This document shows, piece after piece, positions 1 through 10,233 of a stretch of DNA of 64,000 bases. A program made the translations under genes and the position numbers. Under the pieces are notes generated by a model. The model was not told the DNA's origin and ran no database searches. It was given only the letters and a program-made list of their open reading frames with translations. Within the stretch, counting starts at the first letter, position 1. Every line of letters starts with the position of its first letter. The DNA is from an uncultured Muribaculaceae bacterium (GTDB lineage Bacteria > Bacillota_I > Bacilli_A > RF39 > UBA660). Location of the stretch: contig CAZJKO010000001.1 in NCBI GenBank assembly GCA_964546995.1, positions 8,504 through 72,503 of the forward strand, written 5' to 3'.

Positions 1-619
1 CAAGATAGATGATTGGTTTTAACGTTAGAAAACTATAAGATTTTAACAATTGTTCTTCTTCATCCGTAAAACTTACTAACCGTAAGGGAATGTTTTTTTC
101 GAGGGCTTCTTTGGCTTTTTTTAGAGCCTCTACTTCTGTTAATGCTTCTTTCTCTTTGGTTGTTCTAGCTTTTTTTTCGATTTTGTCCATTCGGTTGTTA
201 ACGATGTCTAAGTCGGCAATGGCGAGCTCTAAATTAATCGTTTCGATGTCTCTTATGGGATCGACTGTTCCTTCTACATGGATAATGTTTTTGTCTTCAA
301 AGCAACGTACGACTTCACAAATAGCATCTACTTCTCTTATGTGAGATAGGAACTTATTTCCTAATCCTTCGCCGTTTGAAGCCCCTTTCACTAGTCCTGC
401 AATATCCGTAAATTCGTAACTTGTCGCAATTAAACGTTCTGGGTTATACATATTTTCTAATACTTCTAAACGTTTATCTGGTACGGTTACAACACCAACA
501 TTGGGGTCGATCGTTGCAAAAGGATAGTTCGCAGCTAAAATGTTTTTTTTGGTAATTGCATTGAATAAAGTCGATTTTCCTACATTTGGTAGACCGACGA
601 TTCCTGCTGTTAAGCTCAT
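1..619 (-). CDS. ychF: Ribosome-binding ATPase YchF (5' part; gene runs off the window edge)
   Basis: Reverse-strand translation from ATG at 619 gives MSLTAGIVGLPNVGKSTLFNAIT with a Walker A GxxxxGKS motif and the YchF/OLA1 G-domain; RBS AAGGAGTG lies upstream on the minus strand. Confidence 0.85.
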   Translation of the reverse strand, partial: MSLTAGIVGLPNVGKSTLFNAITKKNILAANYPFATIDPNVGVVTVPDKRLEVLENMYNPERLIATSYEFTDIAGLVKGASNGEGLGNKFLSHIREVDAICEVVRCFEDKNIIHVEGTVDPIRDIETINLELAIADLDIVNNRMDKIEKKARTTKEKEALTEVEALKKAKEALEKNIPLRLVSFTDEEEQLLKSYSFLTLKPIIYL

Positions 620-640
620 CAAAGTCACTCCTTTTTTAAA

Positions 641-676
641 TAAAAATATTATAGTTTATTCATTTCTGATTGTCTA
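641..676 (-). promoter_or_regulatory. Sigma-A-type promoter for ychF (-35 TAGACA, 17-nt spacer, -10 TATAAT on the minus strand)
   Basis: The reverse complement of 648-653 is TATAAT and of 671-676 is TAGACA, spaced 17 nt, about 25 nt upstream of the ychF RBS. Confidence 0.4.
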
Positions 677-695
677 CTATAATATTTATTTCTTT

Positions 696-2294
696 TTAAA
701 TTGTTGGTAAGACATTTGGTCCTAATGGTAACCCTAATAAGTACCATCCTAATGTTAACAATACCCAAGCTGCGCTAATTAAGAGACAGTATGGCATAAC
801 TAGGCGAATTCCTTTACTGATCGTTATAGGATGATTTTTATTTTGGGTATACATATTTAAATATCCAATATAAATTGCAAAATAAGCTAGTAGAGGGGTA
901 ATACCATTGGTCATAGAATCTCCTGCTCGCAAGAGTACTTGAGCAAATTGCGGAGAAATGTTCGATTGCATTAACATTGGGACCACGACTGGAGATAAAA
1001 TGGACCATTTTAATGATGGGGTTGTAATAAATAGGTTAGAAATAGCAATAACTAAAATAACCAATAAAATTAATGGTAGACCACTAAAGGCAGAATTGTT
1101 AATTAACTCTGCTCCCCAAGCGGTTAAAATTGTTCCGATATTTGTTTTTTTGAAGATGGCTATAAACTGTGATGCGAAAAAGATCACTAAAATGATTCCA
1201 CCTACATCATGTAAACACGTGGTGGCACCATTTATGATATCTTTATCATTTTTAATGGTTTTGGCACCTATACCGTAGGCTATTCCCATCAAGAGAAACA
1301 GAATGGCAATCATGTAAGTAAAACCATCTTGGAAGTATGAGTTTACACCAAATAATTGATTTAAATACGTCTTTTCCGTCATATCGAGAAGCATTCCAGA
1401 CCCTGGTAAGTTGGGAATGATCATGTATATAAATGCGATTACGACAAGAAACCCTATTACTAAAGCATAACGGAGACCTTTTTTCTCCCGTTTTTCTTTC
1501 GCAATTTTCTGTTGTTCTTCATCTTCTAAGCCAATAATATCCAGTTCTTCTGTTTGGTACGTTTCCGTCTGTTCGGGCGTATGATATTTTCCCAATTTAG
1601 GAAACACAATTTTTTCTAAAATGATCGTTCCGATAAAGGATAATAGTAAAGTCATGGCAATAATTAGGTATAAATTCGCTGTTAGACTTACATGAAATGC
1701 TTCATCAATAAGTCTTGCAGCAGTAGTTGTATAAGGAATAAGTGATACTTCAAGGGATCCTACAAATACCGTTACACCATAACCAAAGGCGACACCGCAA
1801 AAAGCGGCTATGATTCCTGCAAAGGGATTTCTATTGTTCGATTTATAGATGATCGCTGCTAATGGGATTAAGATAACATATCCAATTTCATTAATCAAGC
1901 TCGAGATAATTGCTAATAACAATACAAGAAAGGTAATCGTTTTGTTGTCCAGCTTGTTGATATGTCTTTTCATTACGGTATCTAAAAGCCCTGTCGACTG
2001 GGAAACACTAACTCCGATTAATGCAATGAGCAACATACTCAAAGGAGCAAAACTAATAAACGTTCGTGCGGCATTGCTGATTATATACTTCATTCCATCA
2101 TAATTTAACAAATTTTCTACTGTTACTAAAACCGAATCCAATTGTCCGTTGCTATCTATTTTGGTATATGTTCCTTGTATTTCAAAAAGTGATAAAATGC
2201 CACTTAATAAGACCACTATGATCGTTAATAGGATAAAGGATGTAATCGGATGCAAGTAGAATTTTTTTAGTTTTAATTTCTTTTTTTCTTTCAT
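696..2294 (-). CDS. abgT: AbgT/MtrF-family transporter (p-aminobenzoyl-glutamate / antimetabolite efflux family)
   Basis: 532-aa polytopic membrane protein; motifs FAPLSMLLIALIGV...GYVILIPLAAII...AGIIAAFCGVAFGYG align with MtrF/YdaH. Confidence 0.8.
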   Translation of the reverse strand: MKEKKKLKLKKFYLHPITSFILLTIIVVLLSGILSLFEIQGTYTKIDSNGQLDSVLVTVENLLNYDGMKYIISNAARTFISFAPLSMLLIALIGVSVSQSTGLLDTVMKRHINKLDNKTITFLVLLLAIISSLINEIGYVILIPLAAIIYKSNNRNPFAGIIAAFCGVAFGYGVTVFVGSLEVSLIPYTTTAARLIDEAFHVSLTANLYLIIAMTLLLSFIGTIILEKIVFPKLGKYHTPEQTETYQTEELDIIGLEDEEQQKIAKEKREKKGLRYALVIGFLVVIAFIYMIIPNLPGSGMLLDMTEKTYLNQLFGVNSYFQDGFTYMIAILFLLMGIAYGIGAKTIKNDKDIINGATTCLHDVGGIILVIFFASQFIAIFKKTNIGTILTAWGAELINNSAFSGLPLILLVILVIAISNLFITTPSLKWSILSPVVVPMLMQSNISPQFAQVLLRAGDSMTNGITPLLAYFAIYIGYLNMYTQNKNHPITISKGIRLVMPYCLLISAAWVLLTLGWYLLGLPLGPNVLPTI

Positions 2295-2494
2295 AGGTTA
2301 CCTTCCTTTGATAGGACTTTTTTTAACTTTTTATTGAAGTCAACTCGGGGAAGTAAAATGCTTCGCCCACACGAGATACATTTAATTTTAATATCGGCTC
2401 CTACTCTCGTAATTTCCCATTCGTTGGTTCCACAAGGATGTTGTTTTTTCATCATGACGATGGATCCTAATTGATAGTCTTTGTTATTTTCCAT
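2291..2494 (-). CDS. DUF951-family small protein (commonly next to spo0J/ychF in Firmicutes)
   Basis: 67 aa with a CGTNEWEI...CxxCGR zinc-ribbon-like motif; conserved position between parB and ychF. Confidence 0.6.
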   Translation of the reverse strand: MENNKDYQLGSIVMMKKQHPCGTNEWEITRVGADIKIKCISCGRSILLPRVDFNKKLKKVLSKEGNL

Positions 2495-2530
2495 GATTCA
2501 CCTGCTTATGGACTTTATCCGTTTTTTTGA

Positions 2531-3430
2531 TTATTTGTCTAGTTGCATAATTTCTAATAAGCGATTTAAGTCGTTGGAATTGACAAAAGTGATTTCTAGT
2601 TTATTGCTTTTAATTCGGACTTTTGTCCCCAATTTATCACTTATTTTTTCTTCGATGTATGTATATTCATTCGTTTTTTTCGGTTTCCTGGTACGACTAG
2701 TTTGAGGAACGATTTTGTGATATTCTTCTTGAGTTGACAATTCTTCTATTTGTCGTACGTTTAATCCTTCTGTTACTACTTTTTCTGCTAATTCTTTCAC
2801 TTTGGTATCATTTTCTATTTTACTTAATACACGGGCATGACTCATCGAAATTTTATTTTCCACTAAAAGGTCTTTTACTTCTTCTGGTAAGTGAAGAAGT
2901 CCTAACATGTTCGTAATATGGCTTCTACTTTTTCCTACTCTTGTCGATAATTCTTCTTGGGTTAATCCTAAGTTTTCAATGAGTTTTTTATATGCCATTG
3001 CTTCTTCTAGTGGGCTTAAATTTTCTCTTTGCAAGTTTTCTAGTAAAGCGATTTCCATCATTTCTTCATCGGTGAAATCGCGGATGATGGCAGGTATTTT
3101 TTCCAGTCCTGCTAATTTACTTGCTTTGACACGGCGTTCTCCTGCGATGATTTCATACCCTTTGATACTTTTTTTGGCAATGATCGGTTGAAATACACCA
3201 TGTTCTTTGATCGATGATGCTAATTCCTTTAGTGCATCTTCATCGAATGTCTTACGAGGTTGGTAGGGATTACTTCTCAACTCGTCTAAGTTCAGTTCGA
3301 CAATGGCATCTTTCGGCGTGGATGTAATAATTTTTTCTTCCATTTTACTATAATCGATGGGTTCACTATTAAATAGTTCTTCGAGACCACGACCTAACGC
3401 TTTTCGTTTATTCGTTTCCATTTCGTTCAA
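2531..3430 (-). CDS. spo0J: Chromosome partitioning protein ParB/Spo0J
   Basis: 299 aa; ParB N-terminal box (QPRKTFDEDALKELASSIKEHGVFQPI; GERRVKASKLAG) and HTH; located downstream of parA. Confidence 0.9.
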   Translation of the reverse strand: MNEMETNKRKALGRGLEELFNSEPIDYSKMEEKIITSTPKDAIVELNLDELRSNPYQPRKTFDEDALKELASSIKEHGVFQPIIAKKSIKGYEIIAGERRVKASKLAGLEKIPAIIRDFTDEEMMEIALLENLQRENLSPLEEAMAYKKLIENLGLTQEELSTRVGKSRSHITNMLGLLHLPEEVKDLLVENKISMSHARVLSKIENDTKVKELAEKVVTEGLNVRQIEELSTQEEYHKIVPQTSRTRKPKKTNEYTYIEEKISDKLGTKVRIKSNKLEITFVNSNDLNRLLEIMQLDK

Positions 3431-4205
3431 TCACTTCCTTTGCTAAGTTTATGTATGCTTCGCTTCCTCTACTTTTGGGATCATATGCTAGGATTGGCTC
3501 TCCGTGTGATGGGGCTTCGGTCAAGCGAATCAATCTTGGAATTATCGTATTATAAACGCGTTCTTTAAAATACTTTCTAATATCTTCGACAACTTCGAAA
3601 CCTAAATTTGTTCTAGAATCCAACATAGTTAATAATACGCCTTCGATATCTAAATTAGGATTTAAGGTTTTTTGGGCTAACATGATACTGTTTAGTAGTT
3701 GCATAATTCCTTCTAAGGCAAAAAATTCACACTGGACTGGTATAATGACAGAATCTGATGCCGTTAAAGCGTTTGTTGTAATCAATCCTAAAGAAGGAGG
3801 ACAATCGATGATTAAAAAATCAAAGTTATCTTTGTACGGATCTAAATGTTGTTTTAATTGTGCTCCTTTGGCAAAGCCTGGTTCCGTATGACTTTTTTCT
3901 AACAATTCGATGTCGATTCCTGCTAGGTTAATCGTGCCTGGCAAAACATATAAATTTTTATATTTTGTTTTAATTATTGCTTCTTCTAGTGTACAACTAC
4001 CATTTAAAACATCGTAGGCACTTAATTCAAAATCACCTTTATTATACCCTATTCCCGTTGTGGCATTTCCTTGGGGATCTAAATCTATTAGTAGTACTTT
4101 TTTTCCTAAAACAGCTAAAGAGGCCGATAAATTGATGCTCGTTGTAGTCTTTCCTACACCACCTTTTTGATTGACTAGTGCTATGATTTTTCCCATTTTT
4201 ATCAC
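3408..4205 (-). CDS. soj: Chromosome partitioning ATPase ParA/Soj
   Basis: 265 aa; deviant Walker A KGGVGKTTT; ParA/MinD family. Confidence 0.9.
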   Translation of the reverse strand: MIKMGKIIALVNQKGGVGKTTTSINLSASLAVLGKKVLLIDLDPQGNATTGIGYNKGDFELSAYDVLNGSCTLEEAIIKTKYKNLYVLPGTINLAGIDIELLEKSHTEPGFAKGAQLKQHLDPYKDNFDFLIIDCPPSLGLITTNALTASDSVIIPVQCEFFALEGIMQLLNSIMLAQKTLNPNLDIEGVLLTMLDSRTNLGFEVVEDIRKYFKERVYNTIIPRLIRLTEAPSHGEPILAYDPKSRGSEAYINLAKEVIERNGNE

Positions 4206-4313
4206 CTTTTCTTTATTGTACTGTCGTCCATTTCCATTTTACCAAAAAATATAACTTTAGGAAATGAAAATCGAGAAAAAAAGCAGACTCTTTTTTCTCT
4301 GCCTTTTGTCATT

Positions 4314-5528
4314 TTATTTGTCTTTATCGATTTTGATTACGATTTGATATTCTTTGTCTAAATCAATTTCCTCACTATCGATCTTTAATCCATTTCTTTC
4401 TATGACAGAAACAGCTTCTCTAATTGTATTAATTGCAGATTTCATATCGAACACTAGATTGCGATTTAAACTTTTATCGATTTCGTCACTCACTTCTTTT
4501 TTTTGTAAAATTTGAGAAGGGGTAAGATTTTCTACAAAATGAGGAGAATCTTCAATGATATCAAGTGTTTCGATCGGTTCATCAAGCGATGGTTTTTCGT
4601 TTTGAATCGTAAAATTATCGAAGGTGATATCTTGCGGTGTTTCCTCTTGTATTGAATCGATGATGGGTTCTTCGAACGATGGGACAAAGCGATAACTCGG
4701 TATCTCTTCTTGCGGTTCTTGGTGTTCTTCTTTCGAATCGATTTTTAAAAGAAAATCTAAATCTGCTTTTGGTTTTTCTTCAGGAATGATGTCTTTTGAT
4801 TTCATTCTTATTTTTTCTACATCCATAATATTGGATGTATTCACTGTATCGTCCATTGCTGGAGTTGGATCTATATTTATAAATTTGTTTTCTTCTTGTT
4901 CTACTTTTTCTTCTACACCCTTATTATCGTTCATCATCTTTATTTCACTATCCAATTCCTTTACTGTCATTCGACTTGCGATGACTTTTTTCATCATTTC
5001 CGCTTGTTTTTTTGGATCTTGGATATTTAATAAGCTACGGGCATGACGTTCTGATATTTGTTCTTTCATCAGTGCTTCTTGTACTTCTTCTGACAAGGTT
5101 AAAAGTCTTAGTTTATTGGCAACTGCCGATTGACTTTTTCCCATAGTTCTAGCCAGTTTTTCTTGTGTCATTTCATCTAGTTCTAGTATTTTTTGGTATG
5201 TTTTTGCTTCTTCTAAGGCGTTTAAATCACGACGTTGGAGATTTTCTAGAAGGGCGACTTTCGAGCTTTCTTTATCGTCTAAATTACGAATAATGGCTGG
5301 TATTTTCGTCATTCCTGCTAAAGCAGATGCTTTATAACGTCGTTCTCCCGCAATGATTTCATATTTACCACCAATATTTCTTACAATGATCGGTTGGATT
5401 ACACCGTGTTCTTTGATCGATGCCGCAAGTTCGCGCAATGCTCGATCATCGAATACTTCACGTGGTTGAAAACGATTGGGAATAATATCATCTAAATATA
5501 AATATACTACTTGACTTTCTTCTTGCAT
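4314..5528 (-). CDS. noc: ParB-like nucleoid occlusion protein (Noc-like) with a long acidic C-terminal extension
   Basis: N-terminal 280 aa has a ParB box (FQPREVFDDRALRELAASIKEHGVIQPIIVR; GERRYKASALAG) in the Noc position next to rsmG; C-terminal ~120 aa are E/D/I-rich low-complexity sequence. Confidence 0.75.
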   Translation of the reverse strand: MQEESQVVYLYLDDIIPNRFQPREVFDDRALRELAASIKEHGVIQPIIVRNIGGKYEIIAGERRYKASALAGMTKIPAIIRNLDDKESSKVALLENLQRRDLNALEEAKTYQKILELDEMTQEKLARTMGKSQSAVANKLRLLTLSEEVQEALMKEQISERHARSLLNIQDPKKQAEMMKKVIASRMTVKELDSEIKMMNDNKGVEEKVEQEENKFINIDPTPAMDDTVNTSNIMDVEKIRMKSKDIIPEEKPKADLDFLLKIDSKEEHQEPQEEIPSYRFVPSFEEPIIDSIQEETPQDITFDNFTIQNEKPSLDEPIETLDIIEDSPHFVENLTPSQILQKKEVSDEIDKSLNRNLVFDMKSAINTIREAVSVIERNGLKIDSEEIDLDKEYQIVIKIDKDK

Positions 5529-5572
5529 CTCAATCCCTCGCTTTTATTCTTTTTATTTACCCTATATTATCA

Positions 5573-6298
5573 TTATAACATCTTTTTTTGTTTTAAGGCA
5601 ACGTTTTTTTTCCTTCCTAATGTTTTCTTAGGATAACATGCTTTTGTTTGTTTTTCTTTTGTGATTTTTAAAAGCGTTCTTTGGGAATTTTCTTTTGGAA
5701 GAGAAAATTCGATTTTGTTTTCAATGAAACAATCTAAGTCCGAAAGAAGGGGTAAAGCTTCTTTTAATTCTTCTTCGACATTTCCTTTCATAACGAGAAA
5801 GGATCCCTTTATTTTCGTCATAGGTATCGCATAATTTAGTAACGTATTTAAAGATGCGACTGCCCGTGCTGTTACGATGTCGAAGGCTTCTTTTTTTTGT
5901 TTGGCATAATCTTCAGCTCTAATATGAATTGCTTGAATATTTTCTAACTTTAATTGATCAATTACGGTATTTAAATAATCGACTCTCTTTTTTAGAGAAT
6001 CAATTAATGTCATTTTTAAATGAGGAAACACAATCTTTAAGACAATTCCTGGAAAGCCTGCACCACTTCCAATATCACAAAAGGTCTCTATTTTTCTAAA
6101 ATCAGCAATTTTGGCAAGGGTTAAACTATCATAATAATGTTTTAAATAAACTTCTTCTTTTTCTGTTATGCGCGTTAGATTCATCACTTGATTCCACTTT
6201 ATTAACTGGTGATAAAACGCTTCTAGTTGATCTTGCTGTTGTATAGAAAGTTCGATTCCTAATTTCTTTATTTCTTTTTGAAATTCGTCACTATTCAT
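5573..6298 (-). CDS. rsmG: 16S rRNA (guanine527-N7)-methyltransferase RsmG (GidB)
   Basis: SAM-MTase motif DIGSGAGFPG; aligns with B. subtilis GidB from MNSDEF (the ATG 9 nt downstream of the ORF-track start has the better RBS spacing). Confidence 0.85.
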   Translation of the reverse strand: MNSDEFQKEIKKLGIELSIQQQDQLEAFYHQLIKWNQVMNLTRITEKEEVYLKHYYDSLTLAKIADFRKIETFCDIGSGAGFPGIVLKIVFPHLKMTLIDSLKKRVDYLNTVIDQLKLENIQAIHIRAEDYAKQKKEAFDIVTARAVASLNTLLNYAIPMTKIKGSFLVMKGNVEEELKEALPLLSDLDCFIENKIEFSLPKENSQRTLLKITKEKQTKACYPKKTLGRKKNVALKQKKML

Positions 6299-8156
6299 TT
6301 TGATCATTCCTTTTTAAATACACACTTAAAATAGCAATATCAGATGGATTGACGCCACTAATTCTCGTTGCTTGTCCAAGTGACGTTGGTTTTATTTCCG
6401 ATAATTTTTGGCGGGCTTCACTTGCCAAATTGGGAATTTTTTCATAATCGATGGTTTCTTTTATCTTATAATTTTCGAGTTTTATCATTTTTTCGGCTTC
6501 TTTCGTAGCCTTATCTATATATCCTTGATAGCGGGCATTGATTTCAACTTGTTCTAGAACGCTTTCGTCATCCTCTAGCGTTATAAAATGCCTTATGTCC
6601 GCGATGGTGATTTCGGGTCTTTTTAATAAATCGTATAGTGATATTCCATCTTTTAATGGGGCACTGTTTTTTTGTTCTAGATAGTCATTTACTTCTTTGA
6701 TTGGCGTTACTTTGGTATTTTGAAGAAGATTGGTTACTTCTCTTATCCTTTGTTCTTTTTGGGTTAAGCGATGATAAGCATCTTCTTTTATTAGCCCGAT
6801 TTGATAACCGTATTTTCTCAATCTTAAATCGGCATTATCGTGACGCAATAGAAGTCGATACTCTGCACGAGAAGTTAGCAGACGATAAGGATCTTTTACT
6901 CCTTTGGTTACTAAATCGTCGATTAAGACTCCAATATACGCTTCATTTCTTTTTAATATCAACGGGTCTTTTCCATCTAATTTAAGGGATGCATTGATTC
7001 CTGCCATTAATCCTTGGCATGCTGCTTCTTCGTATCCACTGGTACCGTTGATTTGGCCTGCGGTATAAAGTCCTTCGACGAGTTTTGTTTCTAACGTTTG
7101 TTTCAACTGTTTGGAATCGATGGCATCGTATTCTATGGCATAAGCATACTTTTTTATCACAGCGTGTTCTAATCCACTTAAACTATGAACCATTTCTTCT
7201 TGAATTTCGTGAGGCATACTTGTAGAAAATCCTTGTAAATACATATCATCGTAATAAATACTTTCTGGTTCTAAGAACAATTGATGGCGTTCTTTGTCGC
7301 TGAAACGAACCACTTTATCTTCAATCGATGGGCAGTACCTTGGGCCAATGCCTTCGACATAGCCTCCATACATACTCGATTCCTTTAAATGCTCTTTAAT
7401 AATTTGATGGGTTTTTTCGTTTGTATAAATTAAATGACATGGTAGTTGCTCTTCGATCTGATAGTTTGCAGGATGATCAAAGGAAAAACTGTGGAGTTTT
7501 GTTTCATCGCCTGGTTCTAATGACATTTTGGTAAAGTCGATACTCTTTTTTTCAATTCGAGGAGGTGTTCCTGTTTTTAATCTTAGAATATGAAACCCTA
7601 ATTCTTTCAGGCGATCACTTAGATGAAGAGATGGTTTTTCTTCGTGAGGACCACTAGACTTTTTCGTACTTCCTACTAATATCATGCCTTTCATGTATGT
7701 TCCCGTTGTCAATATTACTACTTTGGCCATAATCTTTGTCCCGTCCAATAACACAATTCCACGTATTTTCTTATCTTCAACGATCAGATCTTCTACCATA
7801 CCTTCATAAATGGTTAAGTTCTTTGTGGTTTCTAACGTTTGAATCATTTCTTTGGGGTATACTACTTTATCTGCTTGTGCTCGTAGTGCCCAAACAGCAG
7901 GACCCTTTTTGGTATTCAGCATTTTCATTTGGAGAACACTTTTATCGATGTTTTTGGCCATTTCTCCACCTAAAGCATCGATTTCACGAACGACAATCCC
8001 TTTAGCAGGTCCACCAATCGATGGATTACAAGGCATGTCTGCAATATTTTTTTTATTTCCTGTTATTAATAACGTTTTTTTGCCAAGTCTTGCACAAGCT
8101 AGTGAGGCTTCACAGCCAGCATGTCCTCCACCTACGACAATTACTTCGTATTCCAT
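6291..8156 (-). CDS. mnmG: tRNA uridine-5-carboxymethylaminomethyl modification enzyme MnmG (GidA)
   Basis: 621 aa; FAD-binding VIVVGGGHAGCEA; conserved MnmG C-terminus. Confidence 0.9.
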   Translation of the reverse strand: MEYEVIVVGGGHAGCEASLACARLGKKTLLITGNKKNIADMPCNPSIGGPAKGIVVREIDALGGEMAKNIDKSVLQMKMLNTKKGPAVWALRAQADKVVYPKEMIQTLETTKNLTIYEGMVEDLIVEDKKIRGIVLLDGTKIMAKVVILTTGTYMKGMILVGSTKKSSGPHEEKPSLHLSDRLKELGFHILRLKTGTPPRIEKKSIDFTKMSLEPGDETKLHSFSFDHPANYQIEEQLPCHLIYTNEKTHQIIKEHLKESSMYGGYVEGIGPRYCPSIEDKVVRFSDKERHQLFLEPESIYYDDMYLQGFSTSMPHEIQEEMVHSLSGLEHAVIKKYAYAIEYDAIDSKQLKQTLETKLVEGLYTAGQINGTSGYEEAACQGLMAGINASLKLDGKDPLILKRNEAYIGVLIDDLVTKGVKDPYRLLTSRAEYRLLLRHDNADLRLRKYGYQIGLIKEDAYHRLTQKEQRIREVTNLLQNTKVTPIKEVNDYLEQKNSAPLKDGISLYDLLKRPEITIADIRHFITLEDDESVLEQVEINARYQGYIDKATKEAEKMIKLENYKIKETIDYEKIPNLASEARQKLSEIKPTSLGQATRISGVNPSDIAILSVYLKRNDQNE

Positions 8157-8175
8157 ACTTCTTTCTTCCCTTCTT

Positions 8176-9531
8176 TTATTTTCCTAAGCAAAATTGACGA
8201 AACAATTGATCGATCAATTCTTCGGAATAGGTATCTCCCGTTATTTCTCCTAAAGTTTCCCATACTCTTTTTATATCTATTTCTACCATATCTATTGGCA
8301 TCTTTTGTTTTAAGGCTTCTTCAATATCTGCTAAAATGCTATATGCTTTCTTGGCAAGAGATATTTGTCTCGTATTACTTAAATAGTTGTAATCTTGAAA
8401 ATCGATTTGGTCATTATAAAATAGTTCTTTTATTTTCTCTTTTAATGGGATAATTCCTGCTTCTTCTTTGGTATTGGTATAGATAATGTGTCGATCTTTG
8501 ATTTGATCTAGATCTAATTTCGTTGGTAGATCATTTTTATTTACAATAATAATAGATGTTTTCTCTTTCGTTTGATCTAACAGACTCCGATCTTCTTCTT
8601 GTAGAGGCTCATTTTGATTTAATACTACTAGAACCAGATCAGCTTCTTTTAATAATGCGAAACTTTTTTCTACCCCTAGTTTTTCTACAATGTCTTCTGT
8701 TTGTCGAACGCCTGCCGTATCCATGATGTTTAATTGAATGCCATCTATAGTGATCGTTCCTTCCACAATATCCCGAGTCGTTCCTGCGACATCCGTTACG
8801 ATGGCCTTTTCTTCATCGAGAAGACGATTTAAGATACTACTTTTTCCCACATTTGGTCGACCAACAATGATCGTCTTGATTCCTTCTTTTATCATTTGTC
8901 CGTTTTCGCTACGCGTGATGATTTCGTTCATTTCTTGTCGCATAGTAACTAGTTCTTTTTCGATTTTTGTTATTGTCATTTCTTCGATATCTTCATATTC
9001 TGGGTAATCAATATTCACTTCGATAGACGCTAACAATTCCAATAGTTTTTTACGAAAGGATCTTATATAATTGGAAGTTTGTCCATTTAGTTGATGCATT
9101 GAAATTTTTCTTGCTTGTTCTGTTTTTCCTTCAATTAAATCCATGACGGCTTCGGCTTCTACTAAATCGATACGGCCGTTTAGAAACGCCCTTTTACTAA
9201 ATTCACCTGGTTCTGCTAAGCGAGCTCCATTGGTTAGAAGAAGTTCTAAGATGCGATTCGTCGTCGCAATTCCTCCGTGACAATTAATTTCGACTACGTC
9301 TTCTTTGGTATATGTTTTGGGAGCTTTCATGATCGATACCAATACTTCATCTATCATTTCATTTTGATTTACTATGTGTCCATAATGGATTGTATGGCTT
9401 GGTACTTTGGTTAAATCTTTTCCATCCCAAAGTTTGTTTACTAGCGAAATCGCTTCATTTCCACTTATGCGAATAATAGAAATGGCTCCTTTTCCTAATG
9501 CTGTGGCAACTGCAGCAATGGTATCTTCCAT
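8176..9531 (-). CDS. mnmE: tRNA modification GTPase MnmE (TrmE)
   Basis: 451 aa; G-domain GRPNVGKSS, DTAG; C-terminal CxGK. Confidence 0.9.
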   Translation of the reverse strand: MEDTIAAVATALGKGAISIIRISGNEAISLVNKLWDGKDLTKVPSHTIHYGHIVNQNEMIDEVLVSIMKAPKTYTKEDVVEINCHGGIATTNRILELLLTNGARLAEPGEFSKRAFLNGRIDLVEAEAVMDLIEGKTEQARKISMHQLNGQTSNYIRSFRKKLLELLASIEVNIDYPEYEDIEEMTITKIEKELVTMRQEMNEIITRSENGQMIKEGIKTIIVGRPNVGKSSILNRLLDEEKAIVTDVAGTTRDIVEGTITIDGIQLNIMDTAGVRQTEDIVEKLGVEKSFALLKEADLVLVVLNQNEPLQEEDRSLLDQTKEKTSIIIVNKNDLPTKLDLDQIKDRHIIYTNTKEEAGIIPLKEKIKELFYNDQIDFQDYNYLSNTRQISLAKKAYSILADIEEALKQKMPIDMVEIDIKRVWETLGEITGDTYSEELIDQLFRQFCLGK

Positions 9532-9612
9532 CGTATCACTTCCCTCTTTCGGATTGTATTATATCATTTTTTTAGGAAATTGAATAGTTTTTTAGAAAGA
9601 AAAAAGAAGGGT

Positions 9613-10233
9613 TTATTCTTCTTTCCATTTAATCATCACAGCTCGATTAGGTTCTTCTCCAACGCTTTCTGTATATACTTTTGGATGATCTTTTAATACG
9701 GTATGAACTATTCTTCGTTCGTACGAATTCATCGAATCAAGTTTTACTTCAATTTTGGTCGTAGCGACTTCTCTTGCAACTTTCTTAGCAAGTCTTTCGA
9801 TATCTTTTTGTTTATTTTGTTTATATTCTGATACGTCTAATGTAAACGGGAAAAATTGATCGATTTGCGTTTGAACGGCTTGTCTTGTTACGATAGTCAG
9901 AGCTTCTAATGTTCGTCCATTTTTACCTATCAATATTGCATTGTTGTCGGCATAGAGAACATACGTTACTTGATCAGGACGTCTTTTGACTTCGAGTTTG
10001 ATAGATAGTCCCATCTTTTTGGTAATCTCGATTAGAAATTCTTTAATAAACTGAATGACTTCTTCTCTTTCAATAACTTCTATTTCTACTTTTTTGCTTT
10101 TAAAAAGTCCTGTCGATTTCATTTCTTTTTCTGTAATATATAAATTTTCTTGTGTTTCACGAAGATCATTCATCGCTTGATTAATCGCGTCTTCTTTTGT
10201 TTTTCCTATATAACTATGCTTTTCCATGGGCAT
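9613..10233 (-). CDS. khpB: Jag/KhpB RNA-binding protein (Jag_N, KH, R3H domains)
   Basis: KH motif LIGKNGRTLEAL and R3H motif SMNSYERRIVH; start taken at MPMEKHS, which has RBS AAGGAG at 5-nt spacing. Confidence 0.8.
   Translation of the reverse strand: MPMEKHSYIGKTKEDAINQAMNDLRETQENLYITEKEMKSTGLFKSKKVEIEVIEREEVIQFIKEFLIEITKKMGLSIKLEVKRRPDQVTYVLYADNNAILIGKNGRTLEALTIVTRQAVQTQIDQFFPFTLDVSEYKQNKQKDIERLAKKVAREVATTKIEVKLDSMNSYERRIVHTVLKDHPKVYTESVGEEPNRAVMIKWKEE

Noticed and set aside
958-1278. Plus-strand 106-aa ORF (and similar antisense ORFs at 1849, 3682, 4786, 6701, 7736, 7852, 8738, 16564, 16610, 19713 and others)
   Set aside because: They are fully embedded antisense to well-supported conserved genes; these are typical shadow ORFs in AT-rich DNA.
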